From the NCBI GenBank assembly GCA_963664815.2, contig CAXXHB010000003.1, forward strand, positions 3,744,001-3,808,000: DNA of 64,000 bases, written 5' to 3'. The notes below the pieces were generated by a model. The model saw nothing but the letters and a program-made list of their open reading frames with translations. It searched no databases and was not told where the DNA came from. Below are positions 61,375 to 64,000 of the stretch, in pieces (the first letter of the stretch is position 1; the number at the start of each line of letters is the position of its first letter). The position numbers and the translations under genes are program-made. Source of the stretch: Spirochaetota bacterium (GTDB taxonomy: Bacteria; Spirochaetota; UBA4802; UBA5550).

Positions 61375-61477
61375 TTACACTATTAGGCCGCTAACCTCCA
61401 CGCAGTTTTAATATTATTAAATAAATGGCGAAAGAATACCACAGAAAACAATTATCACACAGACCTTAGTGGAAAGC

Positions 61478-63394
61478 TTAACTGTACATTTTATCTATTG
61501 CTTCTGCATATTTATCAATCACTACTTTACGCTTAACCTTCAGCGTCGGAGTCATCTCTCCATCATTAACAGTGAGCCTCCTCGTGAGAATTGTATACTT
61601 CTTAATTGATTCATACTCCTCAAGTTCTTTATTAACTGCCTGAATATCAATATCAATCATCTTTTTAAGAATAGCCTTCTCTACAAAATCATTTCCGACG
61701 GCCATGCACATAGGGGCAGGGTCTGTTATTTTAAAAAGCTTGGATTTATCGTAATCAATTTTCTCTTTTTCAAAAAGTTCAATAAACGCATCGAAATTCG
61801 GTATTACAAGTGCTGAAATGAATTTCCTTTCACTTCCGACCGGTACAACGATATCAATCCATTTACTTAATGAGAATTTTCCTTCAATCTTATTAGATGC
61901 AACATTCTTGCCTGTATCAAGTACCATCAAGCCTTTCTTGCGGTCAACTATCCTGATATAACCGTCAGCGATCTCTTCCACTATATCTCCGGTTTTATAG
62001 TAACCATCGTCAGTAAATGCCTCTTTAGTAGCTTCCGGGTTATTCCAATACCCTGAAAAAATATTGTCTCCGCGAACCTGCCACTCTCCGTCTTCTGCTA
62101 TTCTGCCTTCAACACCGATGCATGCACATCCTACCGAACCTGGAAGAACCTTAATATCCCAATTCAGGTTGATTGTATTCCACGTCTCCGTGGCGCCATA
62201 ACCCTCAAATATCCGCACACCCATTGCCATGTATGTCCTGCATAGATCTGCCGGGAGGCTCCCCGCCGCCGAGAATGCAAACCTGTACCGCCCTCCAAGC
62301 AGATGCCTTACTTTTGAATAAACAAGTTTATCGAAAAGCTTATATTTGAATTTAAGCCAGAAGCCCAGGCCTTCAGTAAAATCAGCTCCTTCATGCATAT
62401 CGATAAATCCCTTCGTATCGCTACGTTTGTTCACTACCTTTAGCCCTGTATTAATCGCTCCTTCAAAGATTCTTTTCTTTAATGCAGATTTTGATGTCTG
62501 TTCCCTCATTGCCATATAGATCCTTTCGTAAATTCGCGGCACAGACATAAAAATAGTAGGCTTAAATATCTGAAGATCCTCCACTATTGTTACCGGTGAT
62601 GAATATGCAATAGTCGAAGCCGTCATCATTGCTATACCATGTCCACACTCTCTTTCATACGTATGAGCAAGCGGCAGGAAGGAAAGACATACTTCATTAT
62701 CACCATAAAAAGGAACCTGCTTCATATCCCTGCAGCATGCAGTATTAAAACTGTGATGTGTATGTACAACACCTTTGGGCATTCCTGTTGTACCTGAAGT
62801 ATACACGATTGTCATAAGATCAGTAATGACTACTGATCTCCATCGATGTTCAAATTCATTTCTGTCTTTTGTAAGGATATATATACCCGCCTTTCTCATC
62901 TCTGCAAAATTGGTTACATTATTCTCTGCGTCCGATGTTGTATCGTTCATCATTATAATTTTCTGCAAAGAAGGTGCTGTTTTTTTAACAGCAAGTATTT
63001 TTTTCATCATCATTTCATCCTGGACATAGATAACCTTTGCCCCGGAATCATTAAGTATAAAATTAATCTCGCTTTCCGACAGTGTCGGGTAGATGCAGAC
63101 AGTTACACCACCGGCGCAGAGAATTGAATAATCAGCCCATACCCACTGAGGGGCTGTCTGGCTAATTATTGCGGCCCGATCACCCTTGTTAAAACCTATA
63201 CTTATAAGCCCTGAAGAAAGCTCCTTCACTTTTCGCCAGACTTCTGAGTATGTATTCTCCGCTGTATCTGATTTTCCTGTTCGCCACCATTGAAACCTTC
63301 TGTCACCAAACATTACAGCGTTTCTATGTAGTATTTCGGGACATGTAATTTCCTGTATATACCATCTCTGGCTGACAGTTTTTTCTGACTTCAT
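61478..63394 (-). CDS. Long-chain fatty acid--CoA ligase (AMP-dependent synthetase)
   Basis: YTSGTTGMPKGV, FLPLAH.YE, EGYGATE, YKTGD, IVDRKK, EMTPTLKVKR; ATG 63394 with GGAGGAGG RBS. Confidence 0.94.
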   Translation of the reverse strand: MKSEKTVSQRWYIQEITCPEILHRNAVMFGDRRFQWWRTGKSDTAENTYSEVWRKVKELSSGLISIGFNKGDRAAIISQTAPQWVWADYSILCAGGVTVCIYPTLSESEINFILNDSGAKVIYVQDEMMMKKILAVKKTAPSLQKIIMMNDTTSDAENNVTNFAEMRKAGIYILTKDRNEFEHRWRSVVITDLMTIVYTSGTTGMPKGVVHTHHSFNTACCRDMKQVPFYGDNEVCLSFLPLAHTYERECGHGIAMMTASTIAYSSPVTIVEDLQIFKPTIFMSVPRIYERIYMAMREQTSKSALKKRIFEGAINTGLKVVNKRSDTKGFIDMHEGADFTEGLGFWLKFKYKLFDKLVYSKVRHLLGGRYRFAFSAAGSLPADLCRTYMAMGVRIFEGYGATETWNTINLNWDIKVLPGSVGCACIGVEGRIAEDGEWQVRGDNIFSGYWNNPEATKEAFTDDGYYKTGDIVEEIADGYIRIVDRKKGLMVLDTGKNVASNKIEGKFSLSKWIDIVVPVGSERKFISALVIPNFDAFIELFEKEKIDYDKSKLFKITDPAPMCMAVGNDFVEKAILKKMIDIDIQAVNKELEEYESIKKYTILTRRLTVNDGEMTPTLKVKRKVVIDKYAEAIDKMYS

Positions 63395-63772
63395 ATAGAC
63401 CTCCTCCATTCTTATATATACAATCACATCAAATCTTTATATTGACCTCTGCAAATTAAAAGTATATAGCTAATATTACAATCAGATGCCGCTATTTTCA
63501 AAAAAAAATTGTAAAAGCATTAACTACATACCCGTAGTTTATTTAATGTATTCAGTATCCAAGATGAAATTAAACTGCACGACGAATGGGAATTATCTCT
63601 TTTTTGCAACATCAACTTCCTGCACCTTTGCAAAGGGTTTTGGCCCGGAATAGACAATAACAACTATACAGACGATGCACAGCATTTGTTATTACATCAA
63701 GAGATTCTTCTTTCATAATATTCTCAAGATCTACCGGATAAAGATATTTTTTTATAAATTCTGAATGTTGTA

Positions 63773-64000
63773 TTATAAGAAAACTCCAGAAGTAACACTT
63801 AAAATCTTATTACAATACCTGCTGAAACGACTCTGGTCGTTAAATCATAAATTTGGAGCAATTTCGAAAATAGGTTTACCTTCAAGAAGCATATGTTTTG
63901 CATGTGTCCTCCGCGCATGGAAAAACCGATTTTAATGATATTTCTGCATTTAAATAGATTACATCTTTTACAAAATATATATTCAATCCGGATTTTTTTG
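63773..64000 (-). pseudogene. Decayed AraC-family regulator, C-terminal HTH remnant
   Basis: HAKHMLLEGKPIFEIAPNL*FNDQSRFSRYCNKILSVTSGVFL*; TGA (63847-63845) sits where the conserved Gly of LGF.DQS.FSR is expected; upstream KKSGLNIYF lies in another frame. Confidence 0.7.

Noticed and set aside
61425-61469. 14-codon ORF after the TPP riboswitch as its target
   Set aside because: No SD and no resemblance to thiamine-related proteins.

Overview
AT-rich bacterial chromosomal window, very probably from a spirochaete related to the Leptospirae: two spirochaete-type FlaB flagellins (N-termini MIINHNMSA and MRINHNMSA), plus flaG and fliD. Most of it is housekeeping (asnS, ligA, rmuC, miaA, mtaB, murB, argH, cofactor-independent PGM), acyl-CoA/lipid metabolism (tandem acetyl-CoA hydrolase/transferases, CaiB/BaiF CoA-transferase, long-chain acyl-CoA ligase, Fe-ADH) and signalling (GGDEF, MCP, ArsR). 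I saw no rRNA, tRNA, CRISPR array, prophage or intact IS element. Highlights: (1) a 1003-aa PPDK-type dikinase lacking the pyruvate-binding barrel, whose N-terminal helical half resembles, from memory, plant phosphoglucan water dikinase; it is divergent from a catalytically degenerate PP2C/SpoIIE protein; (2) a tight three-gene operon of beta-propeller, membrane-anchored FHA-like protein and 1275-aa tubulin-like GTPase, preceded by a long strand-specific hairpin; (3) an orphan TPP riboswitch with no downstream sense gene; (4) a candidate ~100-nt sRNA upstream of murB; (5) a multi-state, GGA-loop RNA palindrome between the flagellin genes; (6) a PrsW-PilZ-cNMP fusion, a DEDDh-WYL fusion, an unannotated 54-aa membrane protein and decayed AraC and possible histidine-kinase remnants. 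All family calls are by motif recognition; no database search was run.
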